A DNA stretch of 33,314 nt from an uncultured Spirochaetaceae bacterium (lineage in GTDB: Bacteria > Spirochaetota > Spirochaetia > SZUA-6 > Bin103): NCBI GenBank assembly GCA_913043885.1, contig CAJWOB010000001.1, forward strand, positions 1 through 33,314, in the 5' to 3' direction. Made by a program: the position numbers and the translations under genes. Below are positions 1-9,942 of this stretch, one piece after another; the stretch's first letter is position 1; the number at the start of each line of letters is the position of its first letter. The notes under the pieces were generated by a model. The model ran no database searches and was not told where the DNA came from. It was given only the letters and a program-made list of their open reading frames with translations.

Positions 1-846
1 CAGAGCAACCAGGTCCTTCTCGTGCATGGCCTTGACGTTGGCACCGAAGCCGAGGGGGCTGCGAGCCACGCGTGCCTCGACAATGGCATCGAGTCCGATG
101 AAGGCCCCGCTGCAGATCACCAGGATGTTGGTGGTGTCGATCTTGAGCATCTCTTGATTGGGATGCTTGCGGCCGCCCTGCGGCGGTACCGACGCTACCG
201 TTCCCTCGATGATCTTGAGCAGCGCTTGCTGCACGCCCTCGCCCGAGACGTCGCGGGTAATCGAGACGTTCTCGCCCTTCTTCGCGATCTTGTCGATTTC
301 GTCGATGTAGATGATGCCCCGTTCGGCGGCGGCGATGTTGTTGCCGGCGTTCTGAATGAGCTTGAGCAGGATGTTTTCCACGTCCTCGCCGACGTAACCC
401 GCCTCGGTGAGCGTGGTGGCGTCGGCGATGGCGAAGGGTACCTTCAGCTTCCGCGCCAGGGTCTGCGCCAGGTGGGTCTTGCCGGTCCCGGTGGGGCCGA
501 TTAGTAGGACGTTGGACTTGTCCAGCTCGACATCGCTGTCGCCCTTGTTGCGCATGGCGATGCGCTTGTAGTGGCTGTATACTCCGACGGAGAGGACCTT
601 CTTGGCATCCTCCTGGCCGATGACGTAGTTGTCGAGGTACTGCTTAATCTCGCGCGGCTTCGGAATCTCTTCCTGAAACTCAGCCGCGAGGACCTCTTCC
701 TCGTCGTCGAGAATCTTCTTGCAGACGGTAACGCACTCGTCGCAGATGTAGACGCCGGGACCGGCTATGAGGCGGCGGGCGGTATCGGCGGATTTGCCGC
801 AGAACGAGCAGAGTTTCTGGCCGTCACTCTTGCCCGTTTTCGCCAT
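1..846 (-). CDS. clpX: ATP-dependent Clp protease ATP-binding subunit ClpX (first 282 codons; 3' end runs off the window)
   Basis: Not in the ORF track because there is no stop in the window. The reverse complement from ATG (844-846) reads [46 protein letters not shown] (C4 zinc-finger N-domain). It continues with [18 protein letters not shown] (Walker A) and [10 protein letters not shown] (Walker B), in frame down to base 1. The start overlaps the clpP stop by 23 nt. Canonical tig-clpP-clpX order. Confidence 0.93.
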   Translation of the reverse strand, partial: MAKTGKSDGQKLCSFCGKSADTARRLIAGPGVYICDECVTVCKKILDDEEEVLAAEFQEEIPKPREIKQYLDNYVIGQEDAKKVLSVGVYSHYKRIAMRNKGDSDVELDKSNVLLIGPTGTGKTHLAQTLARKLKVPFAIADATTLTEAGYVGEDVENILLKLIQNAGNNIAAAERGIIYIDEIDKIAKKGENVSITRDVSGEGVQQALLKIIEGTVASVPPQGGRKHPNQEMLKIDTTNILVICSGAFIGLDAIVEARVARSPLGFGANVKAMHEKDLVAL

Positions 847-1492
847 TCTCGCCTCGAGTCATGACTCGGTCGATGAGCCCATAATCGCGAGCCTCATCCG
901 AAGACATATAGTAGTCCCGTTCCAGGTCGGACGCAATCACGTCGTCGTCTTTGCCCGCGTGGACGGCGAAATAGTGGATGAGCATCTTCTTGAGCCGCAC
1001 CAGCTCTTGTGCCTGGATGCGGATGTCCGATGCCTGACCTTGCACGCCGCCCCACGGCTGATGGATCAGCACGCGTGCCGACGATAGGGCAAAGCGCTTA
1101 CCGGCAGTCCCGCAGGCCAACAGCAACGCACCCATCGAGGCCGCCTGGCCGATGCAGACGGTCTGGATGTCGGGGCGCACGTACTGGATCGTGTCGTAGA
1201 TGGCCAAGCCCGCGGTAACCGAACCGCCAGGCGAATTGATGTAGAGCTGAATGTCGCGGTCGGGGTCCTGTGACTGTAGGAATAGGAGCTGGGCGACCAC
1301 CAGGTCGGCGGTGACGTCGAAGATCTCGCCGTCGATGAAGATGATGCGGTCCTTGAGCAGGCGCGAGTAGATGTCGTACGAGCGCTCGCCGCGTCCGGTC
1401 TGCTCGATTACGATGGGTACCAGTGTGTTCGCCTGCGGGTCAGCGGTCGCTTGCGGAGCAGCAGTCGCCTGCGGTGCGTCGTGGTGGTTCAT
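824..1492 (-). CDS. clpP: ATP-dependent Clp protease proteolytic subunit ClpP
   Basis: 222-aa ORF with typical ClpP sequence ([44 protein letters not shown]). Lies between tig and clpX. Confidence 0.95.
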   Translation of the reverse strand: MNHHDAPQATAAPQATADPQANTLVPIVIEQTGRGERSYDIYSRLLKDRIIFIDGEIFDVTADLVVAQLLFLQSQDPDRDIQLYINSPGGSVTAGLAIYDTIQYVRPDIQTVCIGQAASMGALLLACGTAGKRFALSSARVLIHQPWGGVQGQASDIRIQAQELVRLKKMLIHYFAVHAGKDDDVIASDLERDYYMSSDEARDYGLIDRVMTRGENGENGQE

Positions 1493-1509
1493 GTGAGTGG
1501 CGCCCGAAA

Positions 1510-3045
1510 TTAATAGTTTCCCTGCACCAAGTCCAGGTAACTGAGCTTCTTGCCCTTCTTCAGTTCCGAGGCCTCCAACAGCTGGTCATAGAGGCGTTCG
1601 TTGCGGACGTCGGTGCGCAGCATGCGCAGCATGTTAGCCTGCTCGTACTGCTGTTTCAGGCTGGCGGCGTCGGTATTGCGCTCCTTCGCCCGTTTCTCGA
1701 GCTCGGCATCGAGGTCCTCGTCAGACACCTCGATCTTCTCCTCGTCGGCCAGCTTGTCGACCAGGAGCATGAGCTTCAGCCGCCTCTCGACCCCCGGGCG
1801 CCACTCGTCGAACAACTGCTCGCGAGTGCGTCCATTGCTCTCCAGTGCTTGCACGGTGCGAGCTTCGTCGCCGCCGGCACGGGCCACCAGCTCCCGCCAC
1901 TCGCCGGCAAGCTCCGCCTCGACCATGGAACGTGGTAGTGCCAGGGTGCTGGCCTCGAGCACCCGGTCGAGCAGCTCGCTGATGACCCGCTCTCGCACTA
2001 GCCTGCTGGCGTTTTCGGTGAGCCGTGTTTCGATATCGGCTTTGAGGTCGTCGAGGCTCTCGAACCGGTCGCTGATGTCTTGCGCTAGCTCGTCATCGAT
2101 CTCTGGCAGTTGCTTGCTCTTGAGCGCCTTGAGGCTAACGGTGAGGTCGATCTTGCGCCCGGCGAGCTCCGGATACTGGTAGTCGGCGGCGAATTCCTTG
2201 GTGATCGTGCGGCTCTCGCCCATGTTCATGCCCACGACATCGTCGTCGATGCCGTAGGCGTTGTAGCCGGTGCCGATCTCGAAGATGAAGTCGCGGCGGG
2301 TGGTGCCTTCGCCATCGTCGCCTGCCGCCCGTTGCGCGGCGGCGTGCGCCGTGAGGGCGGCGCTGCCCTCTGCGGCACTGGCTTTCGCTGCCTGCGGCTC
2401 GGCAGCGTCGCGCTCGACGAAGTCGACGGTGATGACGTCGCCGGTCTCGGCGACGGGTGCCGGTGGTGGATCGGCGCCCTCGACCTTCACCGCCGCTGGC
2501 GCCTTGTCCACGACAATCGCGTTCTGCTCCTGCAGCGCCTTGAGCTCGCGGCCGAGGTCCTCCTCGCCTGGCGCCACCTGCAGCTCGTCGAGAGCCAGGC
2601 CGCGATAGGTGCCGAGGGTCACCTCGGGGAAGGTGTCGTAGTGCACCGAGAAGGTGTAGTCGGCGTCGAGGTCGAGCTCGTCGTCGGCATGCACGTGTGG
2701 CGCGGCGAGCTGCATCGGTTTTTGCTCGATGCCCTCGACGGCTTGTTCGAACGACGCCTGCACCAGCGCCTGTACCGCTTCGCTGCGCACCGAGTCACCG
2801 AACTTCCGCTCGATGACGTCGGGGGGCACCTTGCCACGGCGAAATCCCTTGATCTGCGCGTTGCGACCAAGGTCCGCCAGCACGGCGCGATAGGTCTGCG
2901 CCACCGACTCCTTGGCTACCGTGAGGGTGACCGTGACCTCGTTGTCGTCGGAGACGTTGACTTCTTGATTGGTGATGGTGACTGGCTTGCTCACTGTAGC
3001 TGTTCGACCTGCTCGACTGGGGACTTCGGATGCGGTGACCGACAC
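1510..3045 (-). CDS. tig: Trigger factor (peptidyl-prolyl isomerase)
   Basis: 511-aa ORF with the ribosome-binding signature GFRRGKVP and tig-clpP-clpX synteny. The start is uncertain. The GTG at 3045 lies inside a 9-bp hairpin (3041-3062), about 18 nt from a GGAGG. The GTG at 2994 ([11 protein letters not shown]...) gives an N-terminus of more typical length. Confidence 0.88.
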   Translation of the reverse strand: MSVTASEVPSRAGRTATVSKPVTITNQEVNVSDDNEVTVTLTVAKESVAQTYRAVLADLGRNAQIKGFRRGKVPPDVIERKFGDSVRSEAVQALVQASFEQAVEGIEQKPMQLAAPHVHADDELDLDADYTFSVHYDTFPEVTLGTYRGLALDELQVAPGEEDLGRELKALQEQNAIVVDKAPAAVKVEGADPPPAPVAETGDVITVDFVERDAAEPQAAKASAAEGSAALTAHAAAQRAAGDDGEGTTRRDFIFEIGTGYNAYGIDDDVVGMNMGESRTITKEFAADYQYPELAGRKIDLTVSLKALKSKQLPEIDDELAQDISDRFESLDDLKADIETRLTENASRLVRERVISELLDRVLEASTLALPRSMVEAELAGEWRELVARAGGDEARTVQALESNGRTREQLFDEWRPGVERRLKLMLLVDKLADEEKIEVSDEDLDAELEKRAKERNTDAASLKQQYEQANMLRMLRTDVRNERLYDQLLEASELKKGKKLSYLDLVQGNY

Positions 3046-3078
3046 CGGCTCTTGCCGGTGTCACCTCCGGTGGTCTTG

Positions 3079-3150
3079 AGCGGGAAACGGGACTCGAACC
3101 CGCGACTTCCACCTTGGCAAGGTGGAGCTCTACCACTGAGCTATTCCCGC
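3079..3150 (-). tRNA. tRNA-Gly (anticodon GCC)
   Basis: The reverse complement GCGGGAATAGCTCAGTGGTAGAGCTCCACCTTGCCAAGGTGGAAGTCGCGGGTTCGAGTCCCGTTTCCCGCT folds as a 72-nt cloverleaf (7-bp acceptor, GTTCGAGT T-loop, anticodon loop TTGCCAA). It is close to E. coli tRNA-Gly(GCC). CCA is not encoded. Confidence 0.93.
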
Positions 3151-3206
3151 GCTGCGTTACGTGTCGCTGGCCTGAGCGATGGCCGCCCTCGCGAGCGACA
3201 GGTGTA

Positions 3207-3288
3207 TGCGAGAGAAGGGACTCGAACCCTTACGCCTCACGGCACCAGATCCTAAATCTGGCGTGTATACCAATTTCACCACTCCCGC
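3207..3288 (-). tRNA. tRNA-Leu (anticodon TAG), long variable arm
   Basis: 82-nt reverse complement GCGGGAGTGGTGAAATTGGTATACACGCCAGATTTAGGATCTGGTGCCGTGAGGCGTAAGGGTTCGAGTCCCTTCTCTCGCA. The acceptor pairs 7/7 with one GU, the anticodon loop is TTTAGGA, and it has a class II variable arm. Confidence 0.9.
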
Positions 3289-3387
3289 GAGCGCGCTGCC
3301 TTGGACGCTTCGGGCACCCACCGACAGCGGGCCGAGTGTAGAAGATCGGCATGCCGTATTCAACACGGCGGGGTGCGGAACGAGGAC

Positions 3388-4230
3388 ATGAAAATACCAG
3401 CGGCGCGCGATAGATTCTTGGCCGTGTTCAAGCGTTCTGTTCGGTTCTCGGTCGTTGGCGCCGCGCTCCCCATCCTCTCTTCCTGCGCCGAGCTCCTCGC
3501 CTTCCTCGGGCTGAGCGAAGTCGTCATCAGCGGCACCATCAATGTCGAGGGGGGCGTTCCCGCTGGGAAGCAGATCTTCGTCGGCGTCAGCACCACCAGT
3601 CCGTAGCACGGCCCCGTGTTCTTCGAGAGCCAGCCGGAGTTCGTTGGCATGTCTGCCCCGGGATTCTTCCAGATCACCGGGCTGGAACCTGGCGACTACT
3701 ACGTAGTCGCGTTCCTGAACGATGGGGACGGTCAGCTCGACGAGAACGCCGACTGATCCGGCTGCCAGGGTGGACCGCAGGACTTCGATAGTGAGTTCGA
3801 CAATGCCAACATCACTATTCCCCTCGCCGGCGGCGGCGGAGGCATAGCGGCTGATATCTGGGAGCCCAACGACGATGAGTTCACGGCCACCAACCTCGGC
3901 ACGGGAACCGCGGTCCTGAACGGCCTCACCATCCATACGGGGCCGGATGCCGACTGGTTCCGCGTTACAGCCGATCAGGCGTTGCTCGACGTCACGACAC
4001 GGTCGGACGGCGGCCAAATGATCGATACCGTGATCTGGGTGTACGAGGAGGATCCGGGCGTACTCTTCGAGATCGCTTCAGACGACGATAGTGGCTTCGA
4101 CCCACTGTATTCCCGGGTTGTGAACGTGCCAGTAACCCCCGGCTGGACCTACTACATCGAGGTACTGGAGTTCGAGTACCCCTTCTCCTTCCTGGGAAAC
4201 TACGCGCTCGACGTGGTGTTTCACCCGTAG
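3388..4230 (+). pseudogene. Lipoprotein with carboxypeptidase-regulatory-like and pre-peptidase C-terminal (PPC) domains, interrupted by in-frame TAG (3604-3606) and TGA (3754-3756)
   Basis: A single reading frame runs from ATG 3388 to the stop at 4228-4230. MKIPAARDRFLAVFKRSVRFSVVGAALPILSSC is a signal peptide with an LSSC lipobox. The frame continues ...GVSTTSP*HGPVFFESQPEFVGMSAPGFFQITGLEPGDYYVVAFLNDGDGQLDENAD*SGCQGG..., then EPNDDEFTATNLGTGTAVLNGLTIHTGPDADWFRV...GWTYYIEVLEF...YALDVVFHP (PPC-like). Protein-like sequence continues in the same frame across both stops. The ORF track shows it as fragments 3301..3606 and 3982..4230. Confidence 0.75.
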
Positions 4231-4278
4231 CCGGAATTCTTCAGAAAGCGACGACCAGATGGTCGTCGCTTTCACATT

Positions 4279-4351
4279 TGAGCCGTGAAGGGATCGAACC
4301 TTCGACCCGCAGATTAAGAGTCTGCTGCTCTACCAGCTGAGCTAACGGCCC
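4279..4351 (-). tRNA. tRNA-Lys (anticodon CTT)
   Basis: The reverse complement GGGCCGTTAGCTCAGCTGGTAGAGCAGCAGACTCTTAATCTGCGGGTCGAAGGTTCGATCCCTTCACGGCTCA is a 73-nt cloverleaf with anticodon loop CTCTTAA. Confidence 0.92.
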
Positions 4352-4412
4352 CTGTAAGAGACAGCCTCGTGCAGGCACGAGGCTGTCCCGCGTTCGCGCG
4401 AGCGACCGCTTG

Positions 4413-4486
<74 letters not shown>

Positions 4487-4489
4487 AAG

Positions 4490-4562
4490 GGTGGGCGATG
4501 GGATTTGAACCCACGACTTCCAGATCCACAATCTGGCGCTCTACCACTGAACTACGCCCACC
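4490..4562 (-). tRNA. tRNA-His (anticodon GTG) with encoded G-1
   Basis: The reverse complement GGTGGGCGTAGTTCAGTGGTAGAGCGCCAGATTGTGGATCTGGAAGTCGTGGGTTCAAATCCCATCGCCCACC has an extra 5' G opposite discriminator C, which is typical of bacterial tRNA-His. The anticodon loop is TTGTGGA. Confidence 0.92.
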
Positions 4563-4575
4563 GCGCGAGGCGCGC

Positions 4576-4605
4576 AGCCTACGCAGCGGGCGCGCGCGGC
4601 GTCAA
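4576..4605 (-). promoter_or_regulatory. Possible sigma70-type promoter for the tRNA-His/Arg/Lys cluster
   Basis: The minus strand reads TTGACG (4600-4605), an 18-nt spacer, then TAGGCT (4576-4581), ending about 14 nt upstream of the tRNA-His 5' end. Motif match only. Confidence 0.3.
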
Positions 4606-4676
4606 CATGCCGCGTCGCGTCGCTGCTGGGCGGGCGCTGGCTAACGCTCGTGCAGCTTCAGCGCGGCGCGCGCCGA

Positions 4677-5060
4677 CTAGCGTTCCTCGAGCTTCAGGGC
4701 GGCGCTGTTCATGCAGTAGCGGAGTCCGTTAGGCGCCGGCCCATCCGGGAACAGGTGGCCGAGGTGGCCATCGCACGTCGAGCACAGGACTTCGGTGCGC
4801 CGCTGGAACAGGCCGTTGTCGTCTTCGGTGCGCACGCGATCCTCGGCCACCGGTCGGCTGAAGCTCGGCCACCCGGTCCCCGAGTCATACTTGTCATCTG
4901 AGCTGAACAGCTCGCTGCCACAGCCGGCGCAGCGGTAGCTGCCGGCGGTCTTCGTGTCGTAGTAGGCGCCGGTGAAGGCACGCTCGGTACCCTTCTCCCG
5001 CAACACGTGGAACTGCTCCGGGCTCAGCTGCTCTCGCCACTGCTTCTCGCTCTTCTCCAT
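4677..5060 (-). CDS. msrB: Peptide-methionine (R)-S-oxide reductase MsrB
   Basis: 127-aa ORF with the two CxxC zinc motifs ([21 protein letters not shown]), GTGWPSF and the RYCMNS catalytic-Cys context. Confidence 0.93.
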   Translation of the reverse strand: MEKSEKQWREQLSPEQFHVLREKGTERAFTGAYYDTKTAGSYRCAGCGSELFSSDDKYDSGTGWPSFSRPVAEDRVRTEDDNGLFQRRTEVLCSTCDGHLGHLFPDGPAPNGLRYCMNSAALKLEER

Positions 5061-5063
5061 TAG

Positions 5064-5663
5064 CTACAGGCCGATGTCGTCGGCCACCTCCCGCATCGCT
5101 TCGATTACCGTCTGAATGAGTTGATCGAGCTCGACATCGAGCATCTCGCTGCCGCGGACGATCACGTCGCGGTCGACCCCGGCGGCAAACGCGGCGCTCT
5201 TCCACTTCTTGCGCACCGACTTCACCTCCAGGTCGCGGACGCTCTTGGAGGGTCGCACCAGTGCGCACGCAGTAACGAACCCGGTGAGCTCGTCGATGGC
5301 GTACAAGGTCTTCTCCAGCTCGCTGAGGGGCTCGACGTCGGTGCAGATCTGCCAGCCGTGGGACAGCACCGCCCGTACGTACTCGTCCGGCCAGCCCGCT
5401 TCCACCAGAAACTGCTCGGTCTTCTGGCAGTGCTGCTCAGGATGCCGCTCCCAATCCAGGTCGTGGACCAAGCCGATGGCCGCCCACTTCTCCTCGTCCT
5501 CTCCCTTCTGTCGAGCGATATAGGCCATGGTCGCGGCCACCGCCTTGCAGTGGTTGCGGAGGGCAGCGCTGTCGATATTCGCTTCCATGAGGGCCAGGGC
5601 ATCGGCGCGAGTGGGTGCTGCTGAGCTCGTCACGGCCGCAGTGTACGCGGCCGGCTGCGCCAC
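5064..5663 (-). CDS. HD/HDIG-domain metal-dependent phosphohydrolase
   Basis: 199-aa ORF with [16 protein letters not shown] and SHGW motifs, typical of the small HD-superfamily hydrolases (COG2316-like). Ends 4 nt upstream of the msrB start. Confidence 0.8.
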   Translation of the reverse strand: MAQPAAYTAAVTSSAAPTRADALALMEANIDSAALRNHCKAVAATMAYIARQKGEDEEKWAAIGLVHDLDWERHPEQHCQKTEQFLVEAGWPDEYVRAVLSHGWQICTDVEPLSELEKTLYAIDELTGFVTACALVRPSKSVRDLEVKSVRKKWKSAAFAAGVDRDVIVRGSEMLDVELDQLIQTVIEAMREVADDIGL

Positions 5664-5683
5664 CGGAACCGGTTGCGGGTGGC

Positions 5684-7219
5684 ATGCGCCTAGCGCACTC
5701 TACGTGCGTGTCGTCGGTCCTTTCCCGCTATCTATCTGAGCACCGCGACGGCCAGCCCGACCCCGCGCTTGTCGGCTACGTGGCCGCGCTGGAGCAGGTT
5801 GCCGCCATCGTGCCTGAGGTGGCGCGCGGCATCATCGACGAGCTCGCCGACCAGCGCGCCAACCTGAAGCTCATCGCCAGCGAGAACTACTGTTCCCTGG
5901 CGACCCAGGCCGCGATGGGCAACCTGCTTACCGACAAGTACGCCGAGGGATTCCCCGAGCACCGCTTCTACGCCGGATGCGACAACGTCGACGCCATCGA
6001 GTCGCGGGCTATCGAGCTCGCCAGGCAGCTGTTCCGCTGCGACCACGCCTACGTGCAGCCGCACAGCGGCGCCGATGCCAACCTGATCGCCTATTGGGCC
6101 ATCCTGTCGTCGCGGGTGGAGGTGCCGGCGCTGGCGTCCGCCGGCGCCAAGTCGGTCAGCGAGCTGGACGCCGCGGCGTGGCAGGAGCTGCGCCGCGAGC
6201 TCGGCAACCAGCGCCTGCTGGGCATGGACTACAGCGCCGGTGGTCACCTGACCCACGGCTATAGCCTCAACGTGTCCGGGCGCATGTTCGAAGCCCACGG
6301 CTACGGCGTCGACGCCGCCACCGGCCTCATCGACTACGACGCGCTTGCCAGCCAATCCGCCGAGGTGAAGCCGCTGGTGATAGTAGCCGGCTACAGCGCG
6401 TACCCGCGTGCCATCGACTTCGCCCGAATGCGGCGCATCGCCGACGACGTGGACGCGGTGCTGATGGTGGACATGTCCCACTTCGCCGGTCTGGTTGCCG
6501 GCGGCGTGTTCAGCGGCGACTACGATCCGATGCCGCATGCCGACGTGGTCACCACCACCACCCACAAGACCCTGCGCGGCCCACGCGGCGGCATGGTGCT
6601 GTGCCGATCCGAGTTTGCCGAAGCGGTGGACAAGGGCTGCCCGCTGGTAATCGGCGGCCCGTTGCCGCACGTGCTGGCGGCCAAGGCGGTGGCGTTCGCC
6701 GAGGCGGCGCGCCCCGAGTTCCGTAGCTACGCGGCTCAGATCGTCGCCAACTCGCAGGCGCTGGCGGCGGCGCTCGCCGACCAAGGGCTGCGCATCGCCA
6801 CCGGCGGCACCGACAACCACCTGATGCTCATCGACGTCACCCCCGAGGGGTTGAACGGCCGGCTGGCGGAGACGGCCGTGCGCCGCTGTGGCGTTACCCT
6901 CAACCGCAACGCGCTTCCCAACGACCCCAACGGGCCCTGGTACACCTCGGGCCTGCGCCTGGGCACCCCTGCGCTCACCACCCTCGGCATGGGTGAAGCG
7001 GAGATGCGGGACATCGGAGCGTTGATAGCGCGGGTGCTGCATGAGGCCGAGCCGGCGACCATCACCAAGGGGGCCCGCGCCGGCAAACCGAGCCGCAGCA
7101 ACGTGGCCCTGGACGACGGCGTACGCGACGCGGCGCGGCGCGAGGTGGCCGATCTGCTCGATCGATACCCGGTCTACCCGGAGATCGACCTGGAGCTGTT
7201 GCGCTCGCTCCTGCCGTGA
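5684..7219 (+). CDS. glyA: Serine hydroxymethyltransferase (long form with C-terminal extension)
   Basis: Contains [40 protein letters not shown] and the PLP-lysine context [14 protein letters not shown]. The longest ORF starts at 5615 but would overlap the divergent HD gene. ATG 5684 or GTG 5708 ([12 protein letters not shown]...) are the plausible starts. Confidence 0.92.
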   Translation: MRLAHSTCVSSVLSRYLSEHRDGQPDPALVGYVAALEQVAAIVPEVARGIIDELADQRANLKLIASENYCSLATQAAMGNLLTDKYAEGFPEHRFYAGCDNVDAIESRAIELARQLFRCDHAYVQPHSGADANLIAYWAILSSRVEVPALASAGAKSVSELDAAAWQELRRELGNQRLLGMDYSAGGHLTHGYSLNVSGRMFEAHGYGVDAATGLIDYDALASQSAEVKPLVIVAGYSAYPRAIDFARMRRIADDVDAVLMVDMSHFAGLVAGGVFSGDYDPMPHADVVTTTTHKTLRGPRGGMVLCRSEFAEAVDKGCPLVIGGPLPHVLAAKAVAFAEAARPEFRSYAAQIVANSQALAAALADQGLRIATGGTDNHLMLIDVTPEGLNGRLAETAVRRCGVTLNRNALPNDPNGPWYTSGLRLGTPALTTLGMGEAEMRDIGALIARVLHEAEPATITKGARAGKPSRSNVALDDGVRDAARREVADLLDRYPVYPEIDLELLRSLLP

Positions 7220-7938
7220 CCGAGCCCTACGACCTGTCCGATGCGCGGGTGGTGGTAACCGGGGGCAGCCGCGGCATCGGCAACCACATCGCCCATGCCT
7301 TCGTCGCCGCCGGCGCGCGGGTGGTCATCACCGGCAGGGATGCGACCACCCTCAGCAGCGCGGCGGCCGCCATCGGCAACGGCTGTCTGCCTCTGGTCTG
7401 CGACCAGATAGACCCGTCGGCCATCGACCGCATGGCGGAGCAGGTGCTCGGTGAATGGGGGGGTATCGACATACTGGTCAACAACGCCGGTGGTGGCGGT
7501 GGTGGCCCGATGCCGGAGATGACCCTGGAGGCGTGGCGCCGCGTCATCGACACCAACCTGACGGGCGTGTTCTACACCACCCGCTGCTTCTTGCCTTCCA
7601 TGATCGCCCAGCAGCGCGGGGACATCTTCATCATTGGATCGATGAGCGGTAAGAGCCCCGACCCGGGTGGGTCGGCGTATGCCGCCGCCAAGTTCGGGCT
7701 GCGTGGGTTTGCCCAGTCGCTGCTGTACGATGTGCGCCGCAGCAACGTGAGAGTGATGGTGGTGAACCCGAGCGCCACGGCAACCGGTGCCGACGAGGGG
7801 CCCGCACACGGACCCGGTATCTATCTGCACGCTGCCGACATCGCCGCTACCCTGGTCCATCTCGCTCGCCTCCCCGGCCGCACGCTGTTCCGCGACATGG
7901 ACGTATGGGGAACCAATCCGTTTCCACCAGGGGAGTGA
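7216..7938 (+). CDS. SDR-family oxidoreductase
   Basis: 240-aa ORF with TGGSRGIG (Rossmann TGxxxGxG), NNAG and the YAAAK (YxxxK) catalytic motif. The GTG start overlaps the glyA stop (GTGA). Confidence 0.88.
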   Translation: MTEPYDLSDARVVVTGGSRGIGNHIAHAFVAAGARVVITGRDATTLSSAAAAIGNGCLPLVCDQIDPSAIDRMAEQVLGEWGGIDILVNNAGGGGGGPMPEMTLEAWRRVIDTNLTGVFYTTRCFLPSMIAQQRGDIFIIGSMSGKSPDPGGSAYAAAKFGLRGFAQSLLYDVRRSNVRVMVVNPSATATGADEGPAHGPGIYLHAADIAATLVHLARLPGRTLFRDMDVWGTNPFPPGE

Positions 7939-7939
7939 G

Positions 7940-8836
7940 CTGAGCCGCCTGCTGGCAGCGCTGGCGGTCGAGCGGCCGCTGCAGATCGTCGGTACCATCA
8001 ATGCCTACAGCGCACTGCTGGCGCGGAACGCCGGCTTCCGCGCGCTCTACGTCTCTGGCGCCGGAGTGGCCAACGCCGCCTTCGGGCTCCCCGACCTGGC
8101 GATGACGTCGCTGACCGAGGTTGCCGCCGAGGTGCGCCGGATCGCGGCGGTAACCGACCTGCCACTGCTGGTCGATGTCGATACTGGCTTCGGCGATGGG
8201 CTCGGCATCGGCCGTACGGTCGACGAGATGATCCACGCAGGTGCCGCTGCCATCCATGTCGAGGACCAGGTGGCCGAGAAGCGCTGTGGCCACCGACTCG
8301 GCAAGGCGCTGGTGGAGACGGAGGAGATGGTCGACCGGCTGCGAGCGGCTAGCGAGGCGGCGGCGGCGGCACGGCAAAGAGGGGCGGGCGAGCTGGCCAT
8401 CGTGGCGCGCACCGACGCGCTGGCCGGCGAGGGTCTGGACGTCGCACTGGCGCGGGCACAGGCTTACCAGGCCGCCGGCGCGCACGCCATCTTCTTCGAG
8501 GCGGCTACATCCCTGGACGACTACGCGGCGGCAGTCGCGGCGGTGCAGGTGCCGGTGCTGGCAAACATGACCGAGTTCGGCGTCAGCCCGCTCTTCAACC
8601 GCAGCGAGCTCGCCGAAGTCGGGGTGGCGATGGTGCTGTACCCGCTTACCGCGTTCCGTGCCATGAACGCGGCGGCGGTAGCGGCCTATGCGGAGATACG
8701 GGAACAGGGGACCCAGGTCGGCATCCTCGATCGATTGCAGACACGAAGTGAGCTCTACGACGTACTCGGCTACGAGGAGTACGAACAGAAGATGGACCGC
8801 ATACTCGCGCAGCGCGCGGAAAGAGGAGAGAAATGA
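7940..8836 (+). CDS. prpB: Methylisocitrate lyase
   Basis: PLQIVGTINAYSALLARNAGFRALYVSGAGVA, LPLLVDVDTGFG and IHVEDQVAEKRCGH match the PrpB/isocitrate-lyase family. The start is problematic. The longest ORF (from 7787) overlaps the SDR gene by about 150 nt. There is no ATG/GTG/TTG in frame near the conserved N-terminus. CTG 7940, one nt after the SDR stop and preceded by GGGGAG, is my best guess. Confidence 0.85.
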   Translation: MSRLLAALAVERPLQIVGTINAYSALLARNAGFRALYVSGAGVANAAFGLPDLAMTSLTEVAAEVRRIAAVTDLPLLVDVDTGFGDGLGIGRTVDEMIHAGAAAIHVEDQVAEKRCGHRLGKALVETEEMVDRLRAASEAAAAARQRGAGELAIVARTDALAGEGLDVALARAQAYQAAGAHAIFFEAATSLDDYAAAVAAVQVPVLANMTEFGVSPLFNRSELAEVGVAMVLYPLTAFRAMNAAAVAAYAEIREQGTQVGILDRLQTRSELYDVLGYEEYEQKMDRILAQRAERGEK

Positions 8837-9942
8837 GCAAAGAGGGTGGCCTGGCCGGGGTCGTGGTCGGTGAGACGGCGGTAAGCACAGTCGGGAAGAG
8901 CGGGGTCGGGCTCACCTATCGCGGGTACGCAATCGAGGACTTGGCGGCACACGCAGGGTTCGAGTGCTGTGCCCACCTGCTGATCCACGGCGAGCTGCCC
9001 AGTGAGGATGCGCTGGCCGCGTACCGCGGCCGGCTACAGGGGTGGGGTCACCCGGGCGGAGCGGTGCTGGCGGCGCTCGAAGCGCTGCCGGCGACCGCGC
9101 ATCCGATGGACGTGATGCGCACCGCCGCGTCGGTAGCTGGCGCCACCGCCGACCCCGACGAGGATCCGGCCACCGCCGCGGACCGGCTGACGGCGGCGAT
9201 GCCGGCGGCGCTGATCTACCATCACGCATTCGCCAACGGCGGCGTGCGGCTGGACCTTACGACCGGCGCCGATACGCTGGCCGAGCGCTTCCTCGCGTTG
9301 CAGTTCCGCGCCACCGGAGAGGCCAAGCCGGAGAACTGGGCGGACATGGTGCGCGCCCTCGACGCCGCGCTCGTCCTCTACGCTGAACACGAGTTCAATG
9401 CCTCGACATTCACCGCGCGGGTGGTGGCATCGACGCTCAGCGACTTCCACTCGGCGATGACCGCCGGTATCTGCGCTCTGCGCGGGCCGCTGCACGGCGG
9501 CGCCAACGAGGCGGCTATGGAGCTGATCGCCAGCTACGCCACGCCGGACCAGGCGGAGGAGGGCATTCTCGAGCGCCTCGCGACCAAGTCGCTGATCATG
9601 GGATTCGGCCACCGGGTGTACAAGACCAGCGATCCGCGCTCGCCGGTCGCCCAACACTGGGCAACTCAGCTTGCCGTGGACGCCCGGCAGAAGAACCTGT
9701 TGGCGGTTGCCGAACGCGTCGATGCGGTAATGGCACGCGAGAAGGGGCTGTTTCCGAACCTCGACTTCTACAGCGCGCTGCTGTTCCACTTCTGTGGCAT
9801 TCCGACTCCGATGTTCACGCCACTGTTCGTGATCAGCCGCATCTCCGGCTGGGCGGCGCACTTCATCGAGCAGCACAACAACAACCGCCTGATACGCCCC
9901 ACCGCCGACTACACCGGGCCCGAGCCGCGACCGATCACGTGA
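8833..9942 (+). CDS. prpC: 2-methylcitrate synthase (citrate synthase family)
   Basis: 369-aa ORF with citrate-synthase signatures (LYAEHEFNASTF, GPLHGGANE, GFGHRVYKTSDPR). Sits between prpB and prpD. The ATG overlaps the prpB stop (ATGA). Confidence 0.9.
   Translation: MSKEGGLAGVVVGETAVSTVGKSGVGLTYRGYAIEDLAAHAGFECCAHLLIHGELPSEDALAAYRGRLQGWGHPGGAVLAALEALPATAHPMDVMRTAASVAGATADPDEDPATAADRLTAAMPAALIYHHAFANGGVRLDLTTGADTLAERFLALQFRATGEAKPENWADMVRALDAALVLYAEHEFNASTFTARVVASTLSDFHSAMTAGICALRGPLHGGANEAAMELIASYATPDQAEEGILERLATKSLIMGFGHRVYKTSDPRSPVAQHWATQLAVDARQKNLLAVAERVDAVMAREKGLFPNLDFYSALLFHFCGIPTPMFTPLFVISRISGWAAHFIEQHNNNRLIRPTADYTGPEPRPIT

Noticed and set aside
3041-3062. Perfect 9-bp hairpin GACACCGGC-AAGA-GCCGGTGTC (minus strand) between tRNA-Gly and tig
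   Set aside because: There is no U-tract, so I do not call it an intrinsic terminator. It may be a processing or structural element. I use it only as an argument against the GTG 3045 start of tig.
3754-3756. In-frame TGA followed by SGC (a possible U-x-x-C selenocysteine redox motif)
   Set aside because: I found no convincing SECIS-like stem-loop immediately downstream. The same gene also carries an in-frame TAG, and the context is a beta-sandwich lipoprotein, not a redox enzyme. A nonsense mutation is more parsimonious.
3157-4017. 286-aa minus-strand ORF spanning tRNA-Leu and the lipoprotein locus
   Set aside because: It overlaps a well-folded tRNA gene and is antisense to a frame with signal peptide and PPC-domain features. 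The sequence is not protein-like.
5732-7042. Long antisense ORF (436 aa) opposite glyA. Similar ones are 9034..10380 opposite prpC/prpD, 13007..14017 opposite apgM, 16102..17118, 19539..20777 and 2110..3255.
   Set aside because: These are Arg/Gly/Pro/Ala-rich low-complexity translations with no motifs, lying opposite genes with clear family signatures. They are typical shadow ORFs of high-GC DNA, where stops are rare in all frames.
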